From positions 10,832 through 74,831 of the forward strand of contig MNWT01000014.1 of the NCBI GenBank assembly GCA_001872735.1: 64,000 nucleotides of DNA, written 5' to 3'. Position 1 is the first letter of the stretch. Every line of letters begins with the position of its first letter. Source of the stretch: Verrucomicrobia bacterium CG1_02_43_26 (GTDB lineage Bacteria; Verrucomicrobiota; Verrucomicrobiia; Opitutales; CG1-02-43-26). The notes beneath the pieces are model-generated. The model ran no database searches, was not told the origin of the DNA, and was given only the letters and a program-made list of their open reading frames with translations. Made by a program: the position numbers and the translations under genes. Of this stretch, positions 9,408 through 17,679 are shown piece after piece.

Positions 9408-10214
9408 ATGTCCGGTGTAATCATCAATACAAACATTGCAGCCGTTGATGCTACGAACAATCTGAATCGTAGTAACTCGTCTCTGCAAAAGAGCTTAAAC
9501 CGCTTATCAAGCGGCTTTAAGATCATCACCCCAGCAGATGACGCTGGTGGTTTGGCTGTGTCTATGAAAATGTCAGCAGCAATCAAGCGTAATAGTGTGA
9601 CTCAAGATAATATAGCGAATGCTGTATCATTCTTGCAGACACAAGATGGCGCGTTGAAAACTTCTGGTAAGATCATGGAACGTATCTCTGAGTTATCGGC
9701 ACTATACAGTGACGTGACAAAGAGTTCTACAGACAAATCAAACTACTCAACCGAGTTCAATCAGTTGACTTCGCAGTTGACGCAGATACAAGCTGAAGCC
9801 TTCAACGGCGTCAGTATGTTCGCGACATCGTCCAGTAATCTTAGTGTAGCTATCAGTGAAGATGGATCACAGAGTGTTAATGTAGCAAAAGCTAACTTAA
9901 ACAGTGCTGTTTCTACCATTACAGCTGCTACGACACTATCTGGTATCACGGTTGCGAACACAAGTACAGCGATCAATAGTATTGCTACCTTGCGTGCTAC
10001 TAATGGTGCGCAAACAAATCGCTTGCAGTTTGCATCCGATTTGTTAGTAGTCAACAAAGTTAATCTCGAGGCCGCAAATAGCCGTATCATCGATACTGAT
10101 ATTGCACAGGAATCGACTAACTTTGCGAAGTTCAATATATTGGTACAGTCTGGTGCTGCTATGTTGTCCCAAGCAAATGCTTCTTCACAGATAGCATTAC
10201 GTTTGCTTGGTTAA
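9408..10214 (+). CDS. fliC: flagellin (268 aa), copy 4
   Basis: Same flagellin N- and C-terminal signatures. Starts MSGVIINTN. Confidence 0.9.
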   Translation: MSGVIINTNIAAVDATNNLNRSNSSLQKSLNRLSSGFKIITPADDAGGLAVSMKMSAAIKRNSVTQDNIANAVSFLQTQDGALKTSGKIMERISELSALYSDVTKSSTDKSNYSTEFNQLTSQLTQIQAEAFNGVSMFATSSSNLSVAISEDGSQSVNVAKANLNSAVSTITAATTLSGITVANTSTAINSIATLRATNGAQTNRLQFASDLLVVNKVNLEAANSRIIDTDIAQESTNFAKFNILVQSGAAMLSQANASSQIALRLLG

Positions 10215-10235
10215 TACCTCATTTATTTGAGAACC

Positions 10236-10265
10236 CACAAGAGCCTCTCTAGAGAGGCTCTTGTG
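10236..10265. terminator. perfect 30-nt palindrome between convergent flagellin copy 4 and rsfS (likely bidirectional terminator)
   Basis: CACAAGAGCCTCTCT/AGAGAGGCTCTTGTG. The T-run is weak. Confidence 0.6.
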
Positions 10266-10266
10266 C

Positions 10267-10626
10267 TTATTTAGAGAGGTCGATGACTTCTGCGTCTTGC
10301 CACAATTTGTCTAAATTGTAGTTGGAGCGCATGTCGGGAGAGAAGATATGTACCATGAAGTCAAACCCATCGATCACAGCCCATCCGCTATCGGGCTCAT
10401 AGTCTATGCGAATATTTTTGAGCTTAAGTTTGCTTAAGGTGTCTGAGATAGTTGATCTTAGGGCGCGCAAGTGGGGTTCAGAGTTTCCGGATGCAATAAT
10501 AAAGTAATCTGTGATAGAAGACTTACCAACGAGCTTCAGGATTTTAATGTCCATCGCTTTTTTATCATCCAATGCATTGTAGCATTCTCTTAAAATTCCC
10601 ATAACGACTGAGTTGTTATCTTCCAT
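10267..10626 (-). CDS. rsfS: ribosomal silencing factor RsfS (iojap-like)
   Basis: Internal ATG at 10626 gives a 119-aa product, MEDNNSVVMGI...DYFIIASGNSEPHLRAL...WAVIDGFDFMVHIF. The 177-aa track ORF is an upstream over-extension into nadD. The nadD-rsfS order is typical. Confidence 0.85.
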   Translation of the reverse strand: MEDNNSVVMGILRECYNALDDKKAMDIKILKLVGKSSITDYFIIASGNSEPHLRALRSTISDTLSKLKLKNIRIDYEPDSGWAVIDGFDFMVHIFSPDMRSNYNLDKLWQDAEVIDLSK

Positions 10627-11197
10627 ATAAATGATTTTGATTAATGTATTGATGTACTTTCTCTGGCAAAAAAGGGTAGGCTGTTTTCTTATCACGTAGC
10701 CGTTGCCTAATTTCTGTTGAACTGATGTCAAATTGATGACTTGAAATGAAATGCAAACCAGAAGTTGGAAATTGTATACTATGGCCAGGGCGTTTGACAA
10801 CTATGAAATCAATTAATCTTTTCAATTCATCGATATTCTTCCATTGCGGTAGCTGTTCTAACTGATCTTCCCCTATAATCCAGAAAAATTTATCCGCAGG
10901 ATAGGTTTTTTGTAGGTGTTTTACCGTATCAATCGTATAGCTGATACCTCCTTTTTTGATTTCCCAATCGAGAAGCTCAAATGAATCCATGCCTTCGATT
11001 GCCATCTTAACCATGCGGAGCCGGTCTTCATCTGATACGTTAGGTGAGTGCGGCTTAAGGGGTGATTTTGCTACCGGAATAAACAAAATCTTATCTAACT
11101 GTAGCTGTTCTAATGCATCTTGAGCAATAATGAGGTGCTTGAGATGAATGGGGTCAAACGAGCTCCCTAGGATTCCTATTTTTTTGCCCATATCCAT
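10616..11197 (-). CDS. nadD: nicotinate-nucleotide adenylyltransferase
   Basis: GILGSSFDPIHLKHL (GxFxPxHxxH) motif and ISSTEIR motif. 193 aa. Confidence 0.9.
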   Translation of the reverse strand: MDMGKKIGILGSSFDPIHLKHLIIAQDALEQLQLDKILFIPVAKSPLKPHSPNVSDEDRLRMVKMAIEGMDSFELLDWEIKKGGISYTIDTVKHLQKTYPADKFFWIIGEDQLEQLPQWKNIDELKRLIDFIVVKRPGHSIQFPTSGLHFISSHQFDISSTEIRQRLRDKKTAYPFLPEKVHQYINQNHLYGR

Positions 11198-12736
11198 TTA
11201 GTAAAAAAGAGTTCGGTCAAGACTACGATACTGAATTGCTTCCAGTAAATGATTCGTCTCTATACTATCAGAATCTTCGAGATCTGCAATCGTTCGGGCA
11301 ACTTTTAATATCCGGTCATAAGCTCTTGCGGATAAATGCAGTTCCTCCATAGCTCTTTGTAGGAGATCGCCGTCTGATGGTTTGATGCCGCAATGATTGC
11401 GAATTTGCTTTTGAGACATTCGGGCATTGTAGCAATAGCGGCTGCCCTGAAAACGTTCCTGCTGCTTTTGTCGGGATTTTTTTACCCTTTCGTGAATTTC
11501 CTTTGAGGTTTCCCCGGGGGCAGCGTTTCTTAACTCTTCAATTCGGAGAGCCGGTGCTTCTATGTGAATATCAATGCGGTCTAGTAAAGGGCCGCTGATG
11601 CGGTTACGATAGCGTTGAACTTGTGGGACCGTGCAGCGGCATTCGCGCTTGGAATCTCCCATATAACCACAGGGGCAGGGGTTCATGGCGGCAACGAGCA
11701 TGATGGACGAGGGAAGTGTTATTTTCGCGGCACTTCTGGAAATGGTGACTTCGCCATCTTCCAATGGCTGGCGAAGGACTTCCAGGGCTGAGCGTTTAAA
11801 CTCCGGTAGTTCATCCATGAAAAGAACCCCGTTATGAGAAAGAGACACTTCACCCGGCTTGGGCATAGAGCCCCCACCGAGTAAACCTACGTCACTTATC
11901 GTGTGGTGAGGGGAACGAAACGGCCGTTGGAAATATCTTTCAGAATTAGAAATGGTCATGCCGGCCGCGGATTGAATGCTTAGTATTTCTAAGAATTCAT
12001 CGGTGGTTGGGGGAGGCATGATGGTGTTGATCCGTTTTGCCACCATGGATTTTCCGGATCCCGGAGGCCCGATCATTAAAATATTGTGGCCACCGGCAAC
12101 GGCTATTTCAACCGCTCTACGGAGGGCTTTTTGCCCCTTGATTTCTGAAAAGTCTATATAATGTTCGTCATCAGGTTTTCGATTGAAAGGACTGTCACTG
12201 GGTTTGATGGGCTCTATGTGAATTTCTCCGGACAGGAAACGGGTTGCTTGATCGAGTGAATCTACGGGATACGAGATCACGTTTTCGACTAAAGCCGCTT
12301 CTTCCGCGGATTCTCGAGGGAGGAGTACAGCTTCTTTGCCTAATTTTCTTGCCAAAAGAGCAAGCGCTAAGGCACCCCGAACCGGTCTGGTTTTGCCGGA
12401 AAGACTCAGTTCGCCGGCGATTAATACCCTGTCTAGCATGTCGGATTGTAACTGACGTGTTGCTGCCAGAATACCAAGCGCTATAGGTAAATCATAGACA
12501 GGGCCTTCTTTACGAATATTTCCAGGTGCTAGATTTATTGTAGTTCTTGTTTCTGGGGGGCGAAAACCACTGTTCATTAAGGCAGAAAATACGCGGTCTT
12601 GGGATTCCTTCACTGCTAAATCAGGAAGGCCTACGAGAACCATCTTTAACTCGCCGATTTCTCCCGTGTTGACCTCAACATGCACAGGAAATGCTTCGAT
12701 GCCGATGAGGGCACCTGTTAATACGTTCGCTAGCAT
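11198..12736 (-). CDS. yifB: YifB/ComM family Mg-chelatase-like AAA+ ATPase
   Basis: 512 aa. Lon-like N-domain, Walker A GPPGSGKS and a C-terminal Mg-chelatase domain. Confidence 0.85.
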   Translation of the reverse strand: MLANVLTGALIGIEAFPVHVEVNTGEIGELKMVLVGLPDLAVKESQDRVFSALMNSGFRPPETRTTINLAPGNIRKEGPVYDLPIALGILAATRQLQSDMLDRVLIAGELSLSGKTRPVRGALALALLARKLGKEAVLLPRESAEEAALVENVISYPVDSLDQATRFLSGEIHIEPIKPSDSPFNRKPDDEHYIDFSEIKGQKALRRAVEIAVAGGHNILMIGPPGSGKSMVAKRINTIMPPPTTDEFLEILSIQSAAGMTISNSERYFQRPFRSPHHTISDVGLLGGGSMPKPGEVSLSHNGVLFMDELPEFKRSALEVLRQPLEDGEVTISRSAAKITLPSSIMLVAAMNPCPCGYMGDSKRECRCTVPQVQRYRNRISGPLLDRIDIHIEAPALRIEELRNAAPGETSKEIHERVKKSRQKQQERFQGSRYCYNARMSQKQIRNHCGIKPSDGDLLQRAMEELHLSARAYDRILKVARTIADLEDSDSIETNHLLEAIQYRSLDRTLFY

Positions 12737-12753
12737 TACTTTTTTGAGAAAAA

Positions 12754-13812
12754 CTAGGCGATTGTTATACGATCATCAATATAAACGTCCTGAATGGCAT
12801 GGAGAAGTTCGATACCTTCTGACATAGGGCGTTGAAAAGCTTTTCTACCTGAAATAAGACCACAACCGCCGGCGCGTTTATTAATAACAGCGGTACGCAC
12901 GGCGTCAAAGAAATCATCCTTGCCAGAAGCACCCCCGGAATTAATCAAACCACAACGTCCCATATAGCAATTCATTACTTGGTAACGTGTGAGATCAATG
13001 GGGTTATCCGTGCAAAGCTCTGAGTAGACCCGTTTGTCTGTTTTGCCATAATTTTTTAAAGCCAAATAGCCACCGTTGTTGGTAGGTTGTTTTTGCTTAA
13101 TAATATCGGCTTCAAGGGTTACCCCTAAGTGATTAGCCTGGCCGGTGAGGTCTGCGCTGGTATGGTAATCCTTATCTTGAGAGAAAGCAGGGTTTCTTAA
13201 ATAGCACCAGAGAATAGTGGCTAACCCCAGTTCATGAGCGAGCTGAAAGGCCTCGGTGGTTTCTTGTATTTGGCGATCTGATTCATCGGAACCGAAATAG
13301 ATTGTTGCACCCACCGCGGCAGCGCCCATGTCATACGCTTGCTTTACGTGCGCGAAATAAATTTGGTCAAATTTATTAGGGTAGGTGAGGAGCTCGTTGT
13401 GATTGAGTTTTACAATAAATGGAATTTTGTGAGCGTATTTACGAGAGCACATGCCTAAAACCCCTAGTGTAGAGGCTACAGCGTTACAACCTCCTTCGAT
13501 AGCGAGCTTAATAATGTTCTCTGGGTCAAAATAATCCGGGTTAGGTGCGAAGCTTGCGGCAGCGGAATGCTCTATCCCTTGGTCTACCGGCAGAATGGAC
13601 ATGTAACCCGTGTGGGCAAGCCGACCATGGCTATAAATGCGAGCGAGGTTATTGAGTACTTGAGCCGGACGATCGCTGTTAACAAATATGCGATCCACAA
13701 AATCGGGACATGGCAGGTGTAATTTAGCAGAAGATACTTTGCATTTATAGTCGATCAGCTGCTCTGTATCATTTTCAATAAATCTTTGTAGGTGTGTGTG
13801 GTGTGAATTCAT
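12754..13812 (-). CDS. fbaB: class I fructose-bisphosphate aldolase (FbaB/DhnA type)
   Basis: Collinear with E. coli FbaB over the full length as I recall it ([45 protein letters not shown], ends ...DRITIA). Confidence 0.9.
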   Translation of the reverse strand: MNSHHTHLQRFIENDTEQLIDYKCKVSSAKLHLPCPDFVDRIFVNSDRPAQVLNNLARIYSHGRLAHTGYMSILPVDQGIEHSAAASFAPNPDYFDPENIIKLAIEGGCNAVASTLGVLGMCSRKYAHKIPFIVKLNHNELLTYPNKFDQIYFAHVKQAYDMGAAAVGATIYFGSDESDRQIQETTEAFQLAHELGLATILWCYLRNPAFSQDKDYHTSADLTGQANHLGVTLEADIIKQKQPTNNGGYLALKNYGKTDKRVYSELCTDNPIDLTRYQVMNCYMGRCGLINSGGASGKDDFFDAVRTAVINKRAGGCGLISGRKAFQRPMSEGIELLHAIQDVYIDDRITIA

Positions 13813-14042
13813 GGAATTTAGTATTCAGGGTTATTGTGAAAGCTAGATCTGTAAAAAAGTTATCATAAAAATATTGCCCGAACAAGCAACATTTGGAGCG
13901 GTATTCGTGGAAATTGGCAAAAGCTGTTTTTGAGTGATAAGACGAGGTAGCATTTTCGAGATCATAATTTTTGAGGAGTAAAGGTTAACGAGATCGCTTT
14001 CTTCTATTATACGGAAGTGTCAAGTGTTTTTCTGGTCGATAA

Positions 14043-14068
14043 TTGGGATAGTTGGGATAATTGGGATG
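14043..14068. repeat. three direct TTGGGAT(A/G) repeats with 9-bp phasing, inside a ~0.6-kb gene-free spacer
   Basis: aaTTGGGATAgTTGGGATAaTTGGGATGa, read directly. Confidence 0.7.
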
Positions 14069-14430
14069 ATTTTTAAAAAAAAGTTGAAATTTTGCATTTT
14101 AAGTGAGATTTTGAGCAGTACAATGACGTGGATTAAATTAGCTTTTAGTGGTCGAGTAGCATGTGTGCCTTTTTTGGAGACTACCTTGTGTTTGCAAAAT
14201 TATTGATCTCGATTATTTCCGCCGAGCAGATATTGCCTAATGGTATATCTCAAACAGGTAGATTGAGATTGGTATTTTGCTTTTCCAAAGATTTTTTTCT
14301 TATGCTCTTTTTCTTCGCTCCGGGGGTTGGGGGTTATGATGTCTGTGGGCTCCGGTTCAGGGGAATTATTTGATTGAATTAAATGTCGTGAAAAGATAAA
14401 CTCCGCCTAACTTTTAGAAAATTAGAAATC

Positions 14431-15129
14431 ATGAGGTTTTATTTTATAATCAGCACTTTATTTATTGGAGTACCCGCTTTAGTCGGACAGAATGTGACTA
14501 CAGGCTCAGTCTTGCATGCAATTTGTATGGATCCTGAAAATAGCTTCTATTTTATGAGACACGGCAGGACTGACTGGAATAAAGACATGTTAGAGATGGG
14601 GCCTCAAGATTTACAACTCAATAATGAAGGCATTGCAGAGGTAAGAGGTGTGCTTCATTTGTTAAGAGGGGTCGGTATAAATAGAATTATTTCAAGTCCT
14701 TTGAAAAGATGTAGAGAAACCGCAGAGATAATTTCAAAATCCTTAGGAGGAATTCCTGTGTTTATTGAACCAGCGTTGGAAGAACGATATTTTGGGAACT
14801 GGGCAATCCAAAAAGCAGAAGCTGAGTTATTGAAAAGACAATCTGGAAATGGTCCAGAGTTTTTCGCCAACATTAAGGATAGGGTTGAAACTTTGCTCCC
14901 TGCTGACGCCGAGAGTAAGGAAGATTTTAGGGATCGAGTTCTGGATTACTTTTACTGCTCCGGCTTTAGTGATGGGAAAGTGTTGATCGTTTCTCATGGT
15001 TGTGTTTTCGAATCATTAAAAGAATACATTAAATTAACTGAAGATACAGTTGGTAAAAAAAGATACGCTACTCCAATATTATTTGAAACAAAAGATGATG
15101 GCAGTTGGGGTTTGCATCTGGCAAATTAG
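14431..15129 (+). CDS. histidine phosphatase family protein (PGM-like branch), predicted secreted
   Basis: RHGRTDWN catalytic motif, downstream SHG motif and a hydrophobic N-terminal signal-like segment, MRFYFIISTLFIGVPALVG. Confidence 0.7.
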   Translation: MRFYFIISTLFIGVPALVGQNVTTGSVLHAICMDPENSFYFMRHGRTDWNKDMLEMGPQDLQLNNEGIAEVRGVLHLLRGVGINRIISSPLKRCRETAEIISKSLGGIPVFIEPALEERYFGNWAIQKAEAELLKRQSGNGPEFFANIKDRVETLLPADAESKEDFRDRVLDYFYCSGFSDGKVLIVSHGCVFESLKEYIKLTEDTVGKKRYATPILFETKDDGSWGLHLAN

Positions 15130-15189
15130 CCGAAATAAATCAATTCTCAAGTCTTAATTTTTCTGTTAATACTGAGTTTTTTCCTGCGG

Positions 15190-15912
15190 ATGCTTGTCTT
15201 TTTGCTATACCTTTACTTAATTATGTTTTTGCCATTTCAAAAGAGTTACTCACAGCCCCCTCCAATCGATTCTCCAAATAATATGGGTAATGACGGTCAA
15301 AATTGTTTGAATAATAATACATTGTCTAATTTTCCACCTGTTTCTTTCCTGCTCATGCGGCATGGCCAGACCGACTGGAGCTTTGATCATTTAGAGAGAG
15401 GGGTTCAGGATCTTGATCTGAATGAACAAGGGATTAAAACTGTACTCAAAACGGCACAAACACTAGCTTCACGGTATAGCTCTGTTGTCATTGTATCCAG
15501 CCCAAAGCTCCGAACAATCCACACTGCTCGAATACTGCAAGCTGCCATTGGTGGAGACATAATAATAAAAGAAGGGATAGATGCCCGGTACTATGGAGAC
15601 TTTTCAAAAGATAAGAACTTGGCTAGCGCCTATAGGAATGCCTACTTTAATGAGACAAACCTTTGCTTACCTGATGATGCTGAGGCAGATGAACATTTTA
15701 CTGAACGAGTAAGAAAATCCATCATTCAGGAACTTTCTAACTCCTGCTATAACAATATGCTTCTTATATTCGTAACGCATGGGGAAGTATTTCATTATTT
15801 AACTAAAGCGCTTATCGGGCAAGAGATGAAAATAGAGAAGGGAACAGCTTATCTTTTCTTGCCTCCCACAGATAAAGTAAACTTAAACTGGAAAGTACTT
15901 TGCCAAGAATGA
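15190..15912 (+). CDS. histidine phosphatase family protein, paralog of the preceding gene, predicted secreted
   Basis: RHGQTDWS motif, THG motif and a hydrophobic N-terminus. Collinear with the 14431 gene. Confidence 0.7.
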   Translation: MLVFLLYLYLIMFLPFQKSYSQPPPIDSPNNMGNDGQNCLNNNTLSNFPPVSFLLMRHGQTDWSFDHLERGVQDLDLNEQGIKTVLKTAQTLASRYSSVVIVSSPKLRTIHTARILQAAIGGDIIIKEGIDARYYGDFSKDKNLASAYRNAYFNETNLCLPDDAEADEHFTERVRKSIIQELSNSCYNNMLLIFVTHGEVFHYLTKALIGQEMKIEKGTAYLFLPPTDKVNLNWKVLCQE

Positions 15913-15920
15913 AGGCCTAA

Positions 15921-16067
15921 GGAAAAAAACCTCATCGATTAGTTTCTGATTTTTATCACGGCAGAATAATGGATGAAAAAGATGAAAGATCAAAGGCCAG
16001 AGTGATCTGTGACTATATAAGTGGCATGACAGATATACTTTATTCATGTCTACAAAAGACTATTTGA
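15921..16067 (+). pseudogene. 3'-terminal remnant of a dGTPase-like (HD-superfamily triphosphohydrolase) gene
   Basis: A short open frame ends ...SKARVICDYISGMTDILYSCLQKTI*. (V/I)xDYIxGMTD is the conserved C-terminal motif of dGTP triphosphohydrolases. No upstream HD domain is present. Confidence 0.45.
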
Positions 16068-16199
16068 TTCAGAATACGGAAATATTGACGATTTGTATTG
16101 AACCGCTAAGCCTTCTTCCTATTACTTAAATATCCCCTCTTGACTAAGTGATGTAAAAGTGTTACACTCGAGTTATAAGGAAAGAGAGATACAAGAAAC

Positions 16200-16424
16200 A
16201 TGGCAACGACTAAACCGAGATTAAACATTACATTAGAAAAAGAAGTGGAGAAAGAGCTTTCCCTTTTGGCGAAGCGGCGGTCGCAGTCCGTATCGAGCCT
16301 TGCGAAGGAATTGATTATGGAATCTTTGGAACGGAGGGAAGATTTTTGGTTGAGCCGAGTTGCGAAAGAACGTTCCGCAACAAGCAAGAAACGCCTTTCT
16401 CACAAAGATGTCTGGGGAGAGTAA
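16200..16424 (+). CDS. type II antitoxin, ribbon-helix-helix family
   Basis: 74 aa. PRLNITLEKEVEKELSLLAKRRSQSVSSLAKELIMESLE is an RHH pattern. Overlaps the downstream toxin gene by 17 nt. Confidence 0.7.
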   Translation: MATTKPRLNITLEKEVEKELSLLAKRRSQSVSSLAKELIMESLERREDFWLSRVAKERSATSKKRLSHKDVWGE

Positions 16425-16686
16425 TTACACTGTTGAGTATCTGGAAGCTGTCCTAAAAGAAGACATTCCGAGATTAGGGACATCCGTGCGCCGCTTAATC
16501 AAGAAAGCGATCGAAGAACGGTTGATAATTGATCCTGTTTTTTTTGGGAAACCCCTGCGCTATAGCTTGCAAGGGCATAGGCGGTTATGCGTGAGCGACT
16601 ATCGCGTTGTTTACCGTATTGAGCCGGAAGAGCAGCTGATTGTGATCGCGGCGATTGAGCACCGGAAAGATGTTTATGAAGGATAG
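16408..16686 (+). CDS. type II toxin, RelE/ParE family
   Basis: 92 aa from ATG 16408. The pattern ...GKPLRYSLQGHRRLCVSDYRVVYRIEPEEQLIVIAAIEHRKDVY is typical of RelE/StbE toxins. Confidence 0.8.
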   Translation: MSGESNYTVEYLEAVLKEDIPRLGTSVRRLIKKAIEERLIIDPVFFGKPLRYSLQGHRRLCVSDYRVVYRIEPEEQLIVIAAIEHRKDVYEG

Positions 16687-16704
16687 GCGAGAGAAGTTTT
16701 TTTC

Positions 16705-17667
16705 TTACACCCCCTCCAGCAAGACCGGAGCCTTGAGGCCGGGGATGTACTCTGAGAATGTATCCATTTCGTTCTTACGCCTGAGGGCGCGTTGTACCAT
16801 GCCCATTTTGGCATCCAGGTTATCTGCCATGGAGACGAAAACGGCTTCCGGAGTGGCGGCCATGACAGCGGCGCCCCATTCGAGCTCGCCCTGGTGGCTG
16901 AGGATGATGTGCTCTAGGCGTTCCAGGATGTCTTGGTTAAGTTTTGCTTGCATGCCCGCTTTGCGAACCATGCGGTAGCCCAGGACGACGTGCCCCTGGA
17001 GGAGACCGGTTTTGCTTTTTTTTGTGCTGAAATGACCTTCGTATTCAACTACTTTTCCGATATCGTGTAAGATGGCGCCCGCGATGGCAAGATCAGGGTC
17101 AACCTCAGGATATAGCGGGAGTAGGACAACGGCAGCTCTGGTGACGTGGACGGTGTGCTCGAGTAGGCCATGACGATACGCATGGTGCATGGCAATCGCG
17201 GCCGGCCAGTTGATGAAATCATCTTTGATGGATTCCAGGGCGGTTTGAACCGTTAAACGCAATTCAGGATTCTTGATTTTGTTTACGTAGCTATCTAACT
17301 CTGCCCATAGCGCAGACGGTTCTTCTGTGGATACCTCGACAAGATTGCCGATGGCGCCACTTTGGTTCGCTTCCTCTGCTGTTATCTCTACTATCTTTTG
17401 TATTTTCGGGCTAAAACGGCTTTGATAATGATCTGATACGCCCTCTATGGAGACAATGCTGCCATCCTTGGCCTGTTTGAAATATTCGAATTCGCGGGTG
17501 TCGCTAAAACAAGTAACGCCAAAACTGCCTGTTTTATCACCCAGCTCTACCATTAAGAAGTCGGTACCATTACGAGCGACCTTGGCGGCGATCTTTTTTA
17601 CGATTAACGTGGCTTGGAACGATTGCTTTTCGCCCTCAGGGATTTTTTTTAATTCGTCTACTGTCAT
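16705..17667 (-). CDS. OB-fold + HD-domain phosphohydrolase (YhaM-like 3'-5' exoribonuclease family)
   Basis: N-terminal OB-fold region (KVARNGTDFLMVELGDKTGSF) and an HD domain (HHAYRHGLLEHTVHV, ILHDIGK). 320 aa. Confidence 0.6.
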   Translation of the reverse strand: MTVDELKKIPEGEKQSFQATLIVKKIAAKVARNGTDFLMVELGDKTGSFGVTCFSDTREFEYFKQAKDGSIVSIEGVSDHYQSRFSPKIQKIVEITAEEANQSGAIGNLVEVSTEEPSALWAELDSYVNKIKNPELRLTVQTALESIKDDFINWPAAIAMHHAYRHGLLEHTVHVTRAAVVLLPLYPEVDPDLAIAGAILHDIGKVVEYEGHFSTKKSKTGLLQGHVVLGYRMVRKAGMQAKLNQDILERLEHIILSHQGELEWGAAVMAATPEAVFVSMADNLDAKMGMVQRALRRKNEMDTFSEYIPGLKAPVLLEGV

Positions 17668-17679
17668 TGTTTATTAAAT

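Larger units (their letters stand above)
6222..10265 (+). repeat. tandem array of four ~1.02-kb flagellin cassettes (promoter, leader, CDS, 3' flank, terminator)
   Basis: CDS starts at 6335, 7368, 8382 and 9408 (spacings 1033, 1014 and 1026 bp). The leaders, the coding regions and the post-stop flank (atcctgatcgcagttatcccaatcccgtcaaa) are repeated. Confidence 0.95.

Noticed and set aside
6796-10135. Long antisense ORFs inside every flagellin gene (6796-7173, 7721-8050, 8735-9112 and 9761-10135 on the minus strand; also 7954-8160 and 8926-9285 on the plus strand).
   Set aside because: They recur only because the flagellin genes are repeated. Their products are low-complexity with no start context, and the sense frame carries unmistakable flagellin motifs. 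These are shadow ORFs.
14024-14373. Two overlapping small ORFs (60 and 70 aa) in the fbaB upstream spacer.
   Set aside because: They have no Shine-Dalgarno, their composition is low-complexity and hydrophobic because of T-rich DNA, and they overlap each other in different frames. I treated the region as non-coding.
16655-16978. A 107-aa plus-strand ORF following the RelE-like toxin, considered as a possible third TA component.
   Set aside because: It lies almost entirely antisense to the HD/OB-fold (YhaM-like) gene, and its product is low-complexity (S/R/A/M-rich).
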